Source: Lingula anatina (taxonomy: Eukaryota > Animalia > Brachiopoda). From it: DNA of 64,000 bases. Made by a program: the position numbers and the translations under genes. The notes under the pieces are model-generated. The model had not been told where the DNA came from and did not search any database. It was given only the letters and a program-made list of their open reading frames with translations. The DNA lies in assembly GCA_051362555.1 (NCBI GenBank), contig CM120640.1, positions 47,842,788 to 47,906,787 of the forward strand, in the 5' to 3' direction. Shown here one piece after another: positions 50,501 through 64,000 of the stretch; the first letter of the stretch is position 1, and the number at the start of each line of letters is the position of its first letter.

Positions 50501-53500
50501 AACATAATACCTACTTATACCTCAAAGCAGTATATTTGTAACTTTAAAATGAACAATTAAAATGAAATAGGTATTTTAGTATTTAAGAATACCTGCTAAG
50601 GAGTATCATGCCTAATTATCATGATATTAATAGGCATAAGAGATTAGGTCATAGGGATAAGAAGAAAGGGAAAAGAAATGTAACCATCATAATTTTCTTT
50701 TGTTTTACACAAAAATATTTATCTTGTGTAATGTGTGATTCTCTTGTATTTTGTAGGTATGACTGTTCTAATCCAATATTTGGTGCTACAAAGAATCCCC
50801 ATGACCCCTCGAGGTCACCAGGTGGTTCCTCAGGTGGCGAAGGTGCAGCCGTAGGGTCAGGTGCCTCTCTCGTAGGCATAGGCACAGACATAGGGGGCAG
50901 TGTGAGAGTACCTGCTGCATGCTGCGGAGTTTATGGGCTTAAACCAACCTGGTTTAGGATAAGGTAAGGTGAAAATGGGAAGCAATAGAAAGTTTCCAAA
51001 AGATTAATCTATTACGTTATTTTTCCTTTTAATTCCATAAATAAAACCTGTAGAAATATAAGAATCAAATGTTCTTGACTCCATGTGAACTGTTGACTTT
51101 TAACTAGTTGTACTGTGTTTTTAGGATTTTGTATTTTGATCACAGTTGGTTTACTGTTCAAAGTTAAAATTTTAACCCTTTGTACATTTTAGCTCTGCTG
51201 GAAATACCCCTTTCTATTCTGGAAATAAATTGTGTAAGTTCAAAAAGTCCACAGACAAATTTTGAGTAAATGCAAATAGTTTGTTTAGTAAATTTGACGA
51301 AGTTTTCATCTATTTCATTGATTTGTGGCCAAATGTTACAAATTTATGTTTGTCAGATATTGTATTTTAGGATTATACATTTAATATAAGATTTGTTATA
51401 CTTAAATAAGTCTAGCAAAAATGTGGGTGGCTTTGTGAAAATGAATAAAACATTGTTTATGCCCTAGTCATGAATTCATTTCAACATTCATCAGTAAAAC
51501 ATAATGGCCATGCATTCTTATGAAAATGATATTCCTTAACACCAGTATAGTATAATACCATAACAGGTTATGATATACAGAACAAAAAATCTACAGAACA
51601 TATATTCCCTAATCATGGCATGGGAGTAGTTGAGTCTGGAGTTTGCTTTAACATACATTTAAACATATATTTATGATATATTTTATTACAGTATGCACCT
51701 GCTATGGTGTTCTTGGACAAGATGTAGATAGCTTGGCAATTATGATGAAGGCACTCTTGTGTCCTTACATGTTCAAGTTGGATCCATATGTACCTCCCAT
51801 TCCTTTCCAGTCAGAGGTAACTCTCAGCTAAAATTAAGCCAGATGCATACTCTTGTCATGTAGGTTTTTAGGAATCTCATTTTACACATGTCTGGTCACT
51901 TGTTTTCACATTAAGTGACCCATGCACACAGTCTGTACAGTGGATAAAGTTTCTTTAATAGACATCAGATTAAAACTTTGCTGACTAATCTTCAATCATC
52001 AACAGTTGTGTGGAGGATGTTGCACATCTCGCAGTCATGTTTATCTTGCTTCTGGTAATGTTTTTTTATGTTACAGTGTTAAGGAAAATTCCAAGATATT
52101 TTTTAATGTTTTACATGTTATCTCTCAGATATATGAAAGTACCAAGCCACTGAAGATAGGTTTCTATACTGAGTTTGAAGACTTTATAACACCAGTGCCA
52201 GCTTGTCAGCGAGCTGTGTTGGTTGCTAAGGCTGTGCTGGAACAGAAAGGCCATAAGGTAATTGTATGGGAGGATTTCATTGATATAAGGTCATTACATA
52301 TTATTTATTAATTTAATTGTAAATTATGTTTTTAATTAATTTGTACTAAATAACGTTATACTTAGATCAACTTTTGCAGTTTTTTTTCTTATAAGAGATA
52401 ATTACAAAAAATAATTTTTTTTAGAAAAAAAACAATGGACTAATTTCGTGGGAATGGATTCATAAACTATACGTAATTGTGGTAAAATTGTCATTTACCC
52501 CAGAAAAATCCCGTTTTTGGCAAAAATGAACCATTGTTATCCCTTTAATACATGCACATTATTTTTAAAAGCACCAGTAGTTTTGAACTGAACATTAACA
52601 TATTTTTCTTTCTTTAACAAGTTGGAACCTACATTTTCAGCTCATTCCATGGACCCCTCCAAATGTTAAAGATAATCTTTTTACCTACTATGGCAGAAAC
52701 ATATTGGCTGACTATGGGGAATCATTGGCAGTAATGCTGTAAGTTCACAGGTAGAGAACCTCTTACTGAAGTGTAGAGGAGGACTAAGAATTAATTTATC
52801 TCACTCGTTGCCAGCAAATATGTAGCTGTCTGACTTGTCTTGTGACCAGCCCATCGGGTCACTGACACTCATCTCCCTGCTGAAAATTCCTGTTATGAAT
52901 CGGCATGTTGCATTGTTGATTTATTACATTGTAAGTGTAGCATTAGATAACATTTTTTCTCTATTTTTGCTTTGGTGGGTTGTTTCTATGTCCAAAATTT
53001 GTTTTAAGTTATTTGTTTTGTTTGTTTACCTGAATTCAAATCAGGATATTGAAATGATATTATATTTAATCTCTTTATTTTCAGGAAAGGGGATGTCATA
53101 GATCAGTGTATGCAAGTTTTTCACTCAGTTAGGCTTCCTTACTTCTTAAAGAGGATTATATCATTCTTCATAAAACCATTTGTAAGTTAAAAAAGATCAA
53201 ATAATACCTTTTTCAAATATTGTTATGATTTTTGTTACAATAACTATAAGTCAATTTAGCAATGTGTTATGTAAAATTATTCACTGTATTAAAGTACAAC
53301 CAAAACCCATACTGAAGGAAGTACTGAGTACATCATTGATTTTATTAATTGATTATTTTATGATAGAGGATGCATTCTGATATCCTCTAATAAGTACCTA
53401 GGAGATGTTATGCCCATTGTTTTGGTATGATTTTCAGGATTGCTTTGCTAGCCGAATGTTATTAGCAGTTAAGCCCTTCAGGTAGAGGAATTTTTTTGTA

Positions 53501-55183
53501 GAAGCTGTTAATTTCAGAATTTTAGCTTGTTTTAATACAATTTACAGTTTCAAGGTTAAAAATTTATATTTAAGCAATTGAAATGTTTTAACCAATCTTG
53601 TAGACTAATTTGTGTCCCTTTTTTGCTGTAACATAACAGCGAATGGCTTTTCAGGATGACATTTGACTACTATAAAATATATTTGCTATGATGTAAGATG
53701 TGCTGTAAATATTTTGTAAACTATTTTTACTTTTAGGTCTATTTATGAATGGTTTAATTTCAACACCAAAGTAGAGGTATGTTTGGCTATAAGTTAAATG
53801 TCATTTATTCAGATAAATGGATTTACCGTTTAATCAAAATGTACATAACAAAAATTTTAAAAATGAAATTTCAAAGTGTTCTGTAAAATTTCATGAATGG
53901 ACAGTGACATAATTTTAGATATTACACACGAACACACACACACACAGAGGAGATAATTTATATAGATCATGGATTACATGTTTGACAAGAGATTTGTACC
54001 TTGTAGAAGTGGAAGATGGATTTTAAAGACAATTGGCAGAATTATGAGATGGATGCTGTTATCTGCCCAGTCATGACTGCTCCTGCCCTACCACTAGGCT
54101 ATCCAGGGAGAGCTCATGGTAAGATTTCTATCTTGTGGGCAGATTTATTAAAATATCCTATCTCTGTATTTCAGCAGTATTGGTGTGTAGAGTCAAATGT
54201 AGTTACTGGTAGATACAGTGACACAGTACAGTTCTAACAGCTCCATTGACAGAAAGATGAATTTTGCTCATTTCTTCAACCTCTAGCTGATGTTAAGTGT
54301 TCAACATTCTGTACCTTGTTCCTATACAGCCACAAGAAATTATATTGAAGTGAAGGTTATAGCAATATCTTTAGTCTCATATTCTGACAAAATTGAGGTG
54401 ATACCCAACAAGATTTTTGGCTGTGCCAAAAATTCAGAGATGCCCACTGATTGAATTTCTTTTAACGAATCAAACATTGTTGGAATTTTATAGTAATAAA
54501 TCCATGTTCTGCCATTGTTTTTTATCTTTCACATTATTCTTTTTAGCCTCCATGGCATTTTGTACACTGTACAATGTGCTGAACTTTCCAGCTGGGGTTG
54601 TCCCTGTTACTAAGGTCACTGCCACTGACATGGAAGAACTGAAAAATTACAAGGCCCCTAATACGTGGCAGAAACTTGTGAAAAAGGTAATTGATGCAGC
54701 CACTCTAACAGCATATATTTGGAATGAGTTAAATGCAGTACTTGGCACTGGTGACAGACAGATATTATTACATGATACCAGGAAAGCTGACTAATGCCTC
54801 AAGATTTTCATGATGAAATCCTTATTTGAAAATCCACTCTGTTTTACAACTGTCCTCTTTTAAAATACTTATAAAATACTTTTGTTATCTCACACATTAT
54901 CAAACTAATATGTTAAAGACACTTTATGTAATACAGTATTATGGTAGATCTACTAACTTAAAGGTCAGCAGAAATAGTGATGAAAAAGTAAATCCCTGAA
55001 AACTTAGTATTGACTAAGTTTGACAGTCATTTGTTGTTTCCCCAGGGTTGTGAAGGTGGCAAAGGTCTCCCCGTGGCTGTGCAATGTGTTACCTTACCAT
55101 TCCAAGAGGAGCTGTGTCTACGTGTGATGAAGGAGCTACAAGAGGGACTACAATATGCACATGATGAAATGGAAGAGTATTAG
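47549..55183 (+). CDS. FAAH: Fatty acid amide hydrolase-like amidase (amidase signature family; FAAH1/VDHAP-like)
   Basis: 17 in-frame exons: 47549-47635, 48424-48537, 48957-49013, 49290-49376, 49907-49978, 50423-50484, 50757-50963, 51193-51233, 51692-51816, 52129-52257, 52641-52738, 53085-53181, 53438-53481, 53737-53776, 54007-54118, 54547-54686 and 55046-55183. The Lys-Ser-Ser triad motifs [21 protein letters not shown] and [11 protein letters not shown] are intact, as are [15 protein letters not shown] and GLPVAVQ. The first exon is the least certain. Confidence 0.9.
50036..50086. repeat. (TATAA)n microsatellite
   Basis: Directly visible. Confidence 0.9.
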
Positions 55184-56972
55184 GATAGTATTGGGTAGAA
55201 TTAGGGAAATGGTTTAAAATGATGAAGGGATTGAAGCATGAATTTCAAGAAAATTATGAAAGCAGGTGTGGTTTGAATTTATGCTTATAAATGTCTTGTT
55301 GTCATTGATCATAAGCAGTCAGTTGTTAATTAATTTAATTTCACAGTGCTATAATGTGATTACTATATTACTTATAATAATAGCACTTTATTTTAACTAT
55401 GTGGAAGCATATTCAATACATCTGATGGCCTGATATGCCTTCTATTCAGTAGTCATCTTGGGTTAATCAGTGTAAGAAACAGAAGCTTCTAAGGATGAAA
55501 TATTCTTGGAATATAAATGGCAGATGAGAACAGATTAGATTTTGTTTCTGCAAAAAAAGTGAACAAGGGTACAAGAATACAGGCAATGTATAATTATCAG
55601 ATTTTCTATGATTACACATCATACTGTTAAAATATTGATTTAATTCAGAGTGCATTTACAGTGTAATGCATTTTGGTGATATGTATGGTAACATAAAATA
55701 TGAATACAATGTTTCTTGTTATGTGATTGGATATATATTTTTTCATTTCTTAAATATTTTTTGTTGTTTTGTTCAATACATTAACTAGGAAACCTTGTTG
55801 TTGAGTTTCTTCTAAGATTTTGATAGCAGTATAGATTTTCAAGTCTTTTAGAGAGGCACATGCTAAAACCAACATTCCAACTTAATTAGCATTAAGTAAC
55901 TTTATTCATAAATTATCTTTTTTATTTCTAGGCAAAATTTTCATTTCATTTGCACCTTCTGTGTTAATTTGTCTGTGCTAGCCTCAGGTTAAAATCTGCC
56001 TGTCTGTGTTACTGCCAAAACAAGTATAGTTGCATTTTTTATATAAAATAACAATAATAATAATTTTATATGTATAATAATTATTATTTTATATAAAGAC
56101 ATACCTTTCCATGATGCAGGTTTCATGTGAGACATTGAAGTATTGGAGTGGTAAAAACTCTGATTTTCAGCAGTTGTAGGAAGAACTTATCATTATAATT
56201 TAGATTTGTGTAATTGTAAGCCAAATATAAAGTGACCAGACAAACATTTGTAGAGAATGTTAAGAGGATTAAAGAACCATTGCCCTCCACCATCAACTTG
56301 ATCAAACATTGTTTTTAATTCACATTACACATAAATCTTTCTGATAGGCAAAGCAGCACATACCCGTTGAAGGATTGTTTACAAGAATCTGTGTAACACA
56401 ATAGAATATAACCAAAAAGTACAAGTGCTAAATACTGCATATCATTATCACATCAGAACTATTGGAGTATTACCAGAGGCTTGTTAATTATTGATGTGAT
56501 GTACGATGATCTATTACAAAGATTGTGCCATGGGTATTTTTTAATTATTGTAAAAGGCTAGACACAGGTAGAGTGTTCCCAGCAGCATTATTTATATACT
56601 TACTGACTTCAGAATCTACAGAATATTAAAATTCATTGATTTACGTCATACAAACTGTATGTAACATTGTATGTCACTTTATGTTTTCCCCCTCTTTACA
56701 TTGTTTGTAACATTTCTATTCATCTTTTGTTTGCAAGCACCCACATACATCTGATTATACCTGGCAACGTGCCTTCACCTGAGGTACAGGTAAAACCTGT
56801 CCATGGTTTTGTTTGTAAATGTTTGCTATCTGTTATTGATGGTTGGTGTTAGGACAAAGCACAGAGGTTTACAGTCAGAGAAGGTTGAAAGGAGGGGGTG
56901 ATTTGTGGAGCTTGCAGCTGGATTTCTCAAATTTAGAAAAAATTCTAGGGTTGCACTACTAGGTTTCTGTAT

Positions 56973-57003
<31 letters not shown>

Positions 57004-57763
57004 GACTCTCCTCCCCTCTCTTAAATCCTGGATCTGTCCCTAGATCCAGATTATCATTTTCAGATCACATCAGTAACAACAACAACAACATGCATCTATT
57101 CCCTTTATGTGACAGACACTTTATCTGTCATCAAGTGTAAAAGTGTTATAATTATTCAGGCTGAAATATGAAAATTTTGATGCTTAAAAATCAACAGCAA
57201 GGAAAATGAAATATGTACATTTTGTAGTATGATGTTTTACTCTTTGCTTAGGCATTTGCTTAGCTAAATGGAAATGTCACATAAAACAAGCAGTGAGTGC
57301 AGACTTAATCATTTATATCAACAGCTAATAGATAAAATCATAAAAATAAAAATCAGACCAATTGAGTAAAGTACAATTTTACTATTCAAGTTAGTCTTGT
57401 ACTTCATGAGTCGACAATGAAGTTCTAGCCAGTACAAAAGGTAGTGTCCTTAGCTCTTCCACTTGTAGATCTAAAGTTTTAAGTAATCAATACTCTGAAT
57501 ACATGGATGATTTTGGTTCATCACCAACACCAAGGTGATCGATTCAGAATACAGCATTACGTACACAGTATATATGTCTATGCCATATGACGTCATGTAT
57601 GACAAAAGAAGGTAAATAAATCAATATGCGTGTTATGTCTGAGTAAAACAATAGTAATATAACCAATTGTTGTTTGATCGTTATGTAGTGAAGTGGGTTA
57701 CGTATTGTTACGTTGACCTTATCCACAGATGCGTTCGGGCACAACCAGCCGTTGGTAAATGTA

Positions 57764-57902
57764 CATGGGTGAAAGTTTTCTGGATTATGTCTAATTTTAG
57801 GATTTTCAGTCATTATTTTGATTGTTTTTTATTTGGTCTAAATACGATGCAAAATGCACGATACGTTTGCAGGATTTTCAGTTTTTACAACTTTCACCCA
57901 TG
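57764..57902. mobile_element. Small MITE
   Basis: Perfect 14-bp TIR CATGGGTGAAAGTT / AACTTTCACCCATG, with an internal repeated AGGATTTTCAG. Confidence 0.65.
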
Positions 57903-60087
57903 CATATATACGCATGTGCTGTGTCCACCATCTTATTGGTAATTTGCTACGGTAATTCAGTTTGACCAAGGACATTTGGCCTTAGATGAACGTGAAATAA
58001 ACTATTACAATAAGAATTCATATATATTTCTATAGGCGACTCTTGTGAATTATTGGAATCGATAGTACAAAATAGAATGAATTGGTGTGAATGTTGACAT
58101 AAGAAAGTCACTAAATACTACTTGGATTTGAAGGCAAACTAATCCAATTACGGAATTCATATATATGCATTCTAAAAAAATTAATGGAAGACACCATTTT
58201 ATGTCTATTTTGAAAGTCTTAATATTTTTGATCAATAGATGTATGGAAAATACGAAATGCTAAAACGTGTAAATTTATAATAAGATGGTGAAATTGTAAA
58301 AATGATCAGATATGACGTGAAACGTATTTTGACAATGTTTCCAATATTTTCCTTGAAAGACTAATGCTGACTCCATCCATTCGATGCATAGGTCTAGATG
58401 CACATATTATTTGTTAATTTGCGACCATTTCTGTCGACCCGATCAAAATAGCCATCTATAAAGAACGTATTTTATTTTATTTTTAATAATGCGTGCAGCT
58501 CGCAGACTTTTTGGGTATTCATACCTGTTAAAATCAGAGACACCGTACACACTGTACACACAACACACTTGCCACGTAGACCTACACTGTATAGTTAATT
58601 GAACTTGTAGGTAATGGGACAAAGCTCTCAGTGGATCGTTAATAATATTTCTGTCAGCCTCACCCATTTCATTAGTTCTAAAGCCTTTATCCGGTCTTAT
58701 TTTTCAGATTTTTAAAGCTATGTTTCTAATTTTCCCCGATTTAGTGACGTTAAATTGGTTCAAATATGACATATTTCCTGATGTATTTTTTTAAAAAGTT
58801 ATTTATTATGCGTAATGATTTTCAATCACAAAACTCGTTTTGTTTTGATACCAGCAATGTGTCTTCAATGTTACATGATTTTTTCTACGCTTTGCGCTCT
58901 AAATGTTTTGATTAGGGGTATTAATTTCTTTATTTCAGGGGGGTGAAATATGTCTTAGGGATATACAGTACATGTTATGCAGGGTACCCGTACAGGCACT
59001 TACAAAATCCCTTTTTTTCGTCTCCCGTCATTCCATCATGGTTCATTGCAGCTTCCACAGTAGGTTTGTGTATATGTGATTTATTTTATTAATTTTATTA
59101 ATTTAATTTGTAATAGTGGCCTTGTGTGGGTTAATGGAGCCCCGTTTTTACTTTGTTTGTGTGTGTTTAGACTGTTTAGATTATTTTATCTTCCCCTTTT
59201 ATCTTTGTACCAACCTAAAGAATTTGTCAAATCCCTATCTAAAATGTGTTTTAGGTTCACCTTTTTAAAACACACGTCAGGTGGTTAACATTTTCGTATC
59301 TGGCATAGCTGCGTATCAATTAGAAAAATAATAAAATGGGGTTGCTCTCTGTATGTCGTCCTCCACAAAAAAGTCGCTTGTGGCGCACTTTAACTTACTA
59401 TACAACCAAACCTGGCACTGTGTTATCGTAAAATTGCCTAATACAATTAAAAAATAAATTACATATTAAACTAGAATTAAATTAATTAAATCTAATCCAA
59501 GGACATAGTTTAAAGCTGAGTCTTAAAACTCCGTGTGGTGTTAGGGATACTGCAGGTAAACACCGCACGTGCTGACGTAGTGAAAAACCTTCTCACTTCA
59601 GAATGATGTTCATGCGCTTAACAACATGGTAATCTAATTATCAAATTGTAATTTATTTGTCACATCTTGAGTAACTCTTATTACTCTCCCTTTTCCTTTT
59701 GTGCCTGAGTTTGTCGAAGTTTTATGACCGAAGTATCCGATATCTCGAATTAATACTTAAAAGGAAAGCGGAGTGATATCTGTTGTTCGATACAACCGTC
59801 GCCAGTGGTAACGAGTAAACATTATGGTGTTGTTCGGGACTATGTAAATATCAAATCAGCCCTCAATAATCTGTGTATTCAATCCGTGTATTCGCTTGTT
59901 CAGTCCATTCCGACTGTGTATCGAAACACGTAGTAAGTGTGCCTGAAGAGGGTCCTGTCTTCATTTCGACTTGAGCCTAGTAGTTTTCAGACGCAGTTAA
60001 TTAAAGCGCGATTAAGGCCGCTGATTTTGGGATATCCTTCACCTTTACAGTTTTTGGGTCAATTTTTAAGGAGACATTTTATTCATC

Positions 60088-63000
60088 ATGGGATGTAACA
60101 ACAGTAAGAATACAGAGACCGCTGGTGGCTCTCAGAAACCCGCACCAAAAGCCGAAGATAAGCCAGCGGACAAAGTCATTGAAGAGCCACAAAAAGACAC
60201 AGCTGAGACAGGTTTGTAATTATAATTCATCAAGTTCTACTAATTAAATAGCATAAAAATCTTAAATTCCTTGGGAAGAGTGCTATAATTTAAGTCAAGT
60301 GATCGTCAGGGTTTAGAGAGTGTTCACTAAACCTTGTTTTGATCCAAGAATAATTTTATTTGAAAATATTGTTACGTTACTTTGTTATAATTTAATTTTA
60401 TGTTTCTTTTTTTCATATCCATATGTTACTAATGTGATTTGATAAGTTATGCAAATGTATGGCCCTAGTTGAAAGATAGATTTAACCAAGAGCAATTTAT
60501 GTAGTAGAGAAACTAAATTTATTCCAGAGAAGATATCTTCAGACTGTAATTTCAGACATTCTGAGCATATTAGTATTGCGGTATATATCATTTTTCAATA
60601 AACCTAACCGATTTCAGCCAAATTGATCTTATTGACCTTTCATTCATAGGAAATCTCTTTTGTGAAAGTACAAACAAAGGTATTTGAAGTGAATGGATTC
60701 AATAAAAATCTAGCCAATTAACACTATAATTCCATTACATGAATATAAAATATAGTTTTCTGAGTGTTACATCCAACTTTCACTTGTAGATTATTTTAAG
60801 GAAGATCAGGTAGCATAAGCATTGATACACGTCTGGTAGGTGTGCTCTTACAATGTCAGACTCAGTCATCCGTGAATTTGCTGTTGTGATCGAATATGTA
60901 ACTACAACAAATACCTGTTATACATTCGTATCTGTTTGTTTGTCAGGAAATAAGAATAAGATACATATGATGACATTAAAATGTTATTAGATTTTATTAA
61001 ATCAGAAAAAAATATAATTATTTGTGAGTTTTGTATTTTTTAGCTGATTGTTTTTGGTGTAAGTTAAAAGAGCTATTCAAGTCTTTGTAGAATATAAATG
61101 TAACACTCTGATTAATTAGAGAAGTAAGTTGCCCTCTGTAAATCTCTGTAAAAGAAAATAAAACAAAGCTCATGTAACTTGTTGAATAAGTCTAAAATAA
61201 CTTGTTAACTTTATCAATAACTAATTAAGTAAAGATTCTTATAAATTTATAGTAAAGACCAGTCTGTTTACCTGGTTGTTTGAATAACAGACTCAGCATT
61301 GTTCATATTATTGACTTATTGGACATCAGTGTAAGAGCAAATAGAGGCTTAGATAATGCAGGGATTATAATCTTGACCAACAATACAAACATTGTATCAT
61401 TGCCCTTGATTAAGTATAATATGGTGTTAAGATTATACATTTTTATTCAGTTTGGTTCATGCTGTTCTTTCAAAAACTTATATAAATCTGTGGCCCATTC
61501 ATTAATGTTAAGGCAATATCAGGAATACTCTAAGTGGCAATCTGAGTGGATCTATCTTGAGCTTAAAACCTGGAATAAAATAAATGATCCTAAATATGTT
61601 AAAGCTTAATCAAATAGTTAACCTACTAGTACCTTTTTGTGAGTTGTTTCTCATACAAGACAACAAACAAATATCCAGTATGAAGGTCATTTCATGGGGT
61701 ATGTCCTTCTTAGCTTAAATTTGACCATCCCTAGTGGGGCTGTAGCAATAGTCTGAAGGTTCAAAAGTCTGAATGTTCATTGGTCCAAATGTTCTAAAGT
61801 GAACATTTGGACCAATAAACCATTGATTTAAAAAATTAGGAAAATGTTACCATTTTTCAGACCAATGGACCTTCAGACTATCTAGATGCCCCAGCATGGT
61901 AGGCCTATGGGGCACTTTAGACACATGCCCCCCCCCCCTTCTCCCACCCCAGATTATCTTATTTCTTTAATTGTCATGCAAATATTTTTAAAACTCCCCT
62001 CTCTGATCTCACCAATTTCATGGATCCACCAGTGCTTTGGACCTTGAGAATGGGCCAGAGTGAGTGGCAATCAGATTTTATGCAACAAACTTGAAAATAA
62101 TACACACAGCACCAACTGTATTCTACTTTCAATTTGCAGGGGAAAGTTCTCCAAAAGAGGAACAAATCAATAAAGAGAATGAAGAGAAGAAAGACGAAGA
62201 AAAACCAACAGAAGGTAAGATCATCAGAATTATTTTACTTTCAGTTTACTTCAACAATACATCAAATAACTGAAAATGAAATTTTTCAGAAACTTCCCCC
62301 ATGTTTTTCTTATGTAGCAGACAAAGAAGTTAAAAAGGGGAGTGTATGGAGTTATGACAAGGGAGTTAAAAATGATATACAAACCAAATCTGTGCAAGCA
62401 TAGTTTAACTTTCACTGCTTTACATCTTGCATTGATCTCTGTAATTGTTCAGTCAATAATTTGTTACGTATTTCATGCTTATGCAGCAATCACATAGGCT
62501 TGGTGCCAGTTAGCATTTCATGATAATGTGCTTTGTGTGGCATATTTAGCTTTGCATATGCAATTTTTGCCAATTAAAGGTGACACTTCAACAGCACCTG
62601 CTACGGAAGAAAAAACAGAAGAGACAGCAGCAACAACAGAAACCAGTGGTAAGATTTAACCACCATATAATGTGCAAATGTTAATGAAAATATTTAGTGA
62701 GAAGTGTTTTGTAATACATAACCAATTGGACCAAATAGGTATGTGCACATGCAAGTGATTCATCCAGTTTTTCCCTTCTTTTTGATTTAAAATTTTCTCC
62801 TTTTAAAAAACAGAAATGTTTCAACTTGAACAAAAAAAACATATTCTTTGTTTTTAAGAACTGGGATGCATTACACTTTTTTCACCATAGTTGGGATATT
62901 GACTACAAGACTAACAGTGACCAATATTTAATTGCTAGTGCTTTTATTAACACGCATCTCAAACTGCATAATCTAAGCATTTAACTTGCAATTTCTGGTA

Positions 63001-63123
63001 CAATAATGCTTTGTTATTAGCCAAGCCATAATGCTTACTAGCCTAAGAATTGCTTTTTTTCAAAAATATAAGGTGAAACAGCTGCTCCTGCAACAGAGGA
63101 AAAAACAGAAACGACAACAGAAG
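60088..63123 (+). CDS. 5' part of an N-acylated (MGC) acidic Glu/Thr/Ala/Lys-rich protein; continues beyond the identified exons
   Basis: Exons 60088-60211 (MGCNNSKNTETAGG...), 62140-62214 (ESSPKEEQINKENEEKK...), 62580-62648 (DTSTAPATEEKTEET...) and 63073-63123 (ETAAPATEEKTETTTE). All are phase 1, GT-AG, with no stop. Confidence 0.75.
61735..61893. mobile_element. Degenerate MITE
   Basis: Imperfect TIRs TGGGGC...ATAGTCTGAAGG / CCTTCAGACTAT...GCCCCA with internal ~15-nt subrepeats. Confidence 0.6.
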
Positions 63124-64000
63124 GTACTTTTATGTTGTAGAATTTGACCCAAAGTACAACAACACAACTGTTTTTTGTTTGCACATCTGAGACTATTTTT
63201 AGGATGATAATAATGACAATTTTCAGTTTTATCAGGATACAAGCAGTAAGACATGTGATAGATAATTAGAATAACTATTTCTTGTATATGATTCAGTTCA
63301 TTAAACTCCAGTAATAACCATTTTGAGTTATGGCCACCTATTCTTAGTCCCAGATCAAATAGTTCTGCAAAAACAGTTGTGTTCATCTAACACCTAACAT
63401 AGACTGAAAATAGTCTATTTGATGTCCCCAAACAAAGGAAGGTTTTACAGTCCAATTTCAAGACAGTCTGGTTGTTTAGTCCAGTCCCATTTTTGTCCTT
63501 ATGTGAACATTTCCTAACATTTTCTCTATACTGATGCATGCACTTATTTTTATTTTTTGTTTATATATGTGTTAATTTATTATTATTATTTTAAATGCTA
63601 AAGGTGCTTTTACAGTTGAGTTGTGGCTACCTAACTCAGTACCATATTTTACCTGTAGCATGCCAGAAAACTCCATTACAAATGGTAGTGGGTTGGACAA
63701 GAGAGAAAACATATTGAACCCCAATGGTTACATAGAGTTACTGTCATAATAAGTGAAGCCATTTCAACTGGACTGTATACGTACTTTAATTGTTGGTGCT
63801 TTGTGAAAAAGTCAGTTATTTGTTGTTCAATGAGTATTATACATGTATACCCCAAAGTTATAATGTGATACAAAAATTGAGATCAGCTCTCTTCAAAATC
63901 AATTCAAGTTTAGATGCTAGCTAAAATCCTTTTCTTTTGCTCTTAAATACAGCTTGGCAGTTTTGTTTTGTGTTCTTGGTGTTCTTACAAAACCTGCCAT

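Noticed and set aside
56978-57003. Poly-C tract as a functional G-quadruplex
   Set aside because: It is a simple homopolymer, likely within a repeat remnant, and its length is unreliable.

Overview
AT-rich, intron-rich animal genomic DNA with GT-AG splicing. The repeat types suggest a marine invertebrate, which is an inference only. The ORF track is mostly spurious or exon fragments, so genes were rebuilt by hand from splice sites. Contents, left to right: (1) the 3' part of HEATR1/UTP10 (15 exons, + strand); (2) a decayed type II membrane-protein pseudogene; (3) a single-exon GT31 beta-1,3-galactosyltransferase-like gene whose DxD motif is altered; (4) a ~19-exon minus-strand gene with an unusual SAM-SAM-RA-RA-coiled-coil-PDZ-like architecture and a probable alternative C-terminus ending EEWC; (5) a secreted Arg/Pro-rich protein with repeated EGSGD motifs, built from tandemly duplicated phase-1 exons; (6) a complete 17-exon FAAH-like amidase that appears to start with a myristoylation signal; (7) the 5' end of an acidic MGC-acylated protein. 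The main mobile DNA is non-autonomous Helentron-type (HINE) elements. One family carries a 146-bp satellite with a 438-bp higher-order period and a perfect AGGTCA-A-AGGTCA (DR1) in its intact monomers. A second HINE family is nested inside one copy of the first. There is also a foldback element and several MITEs.
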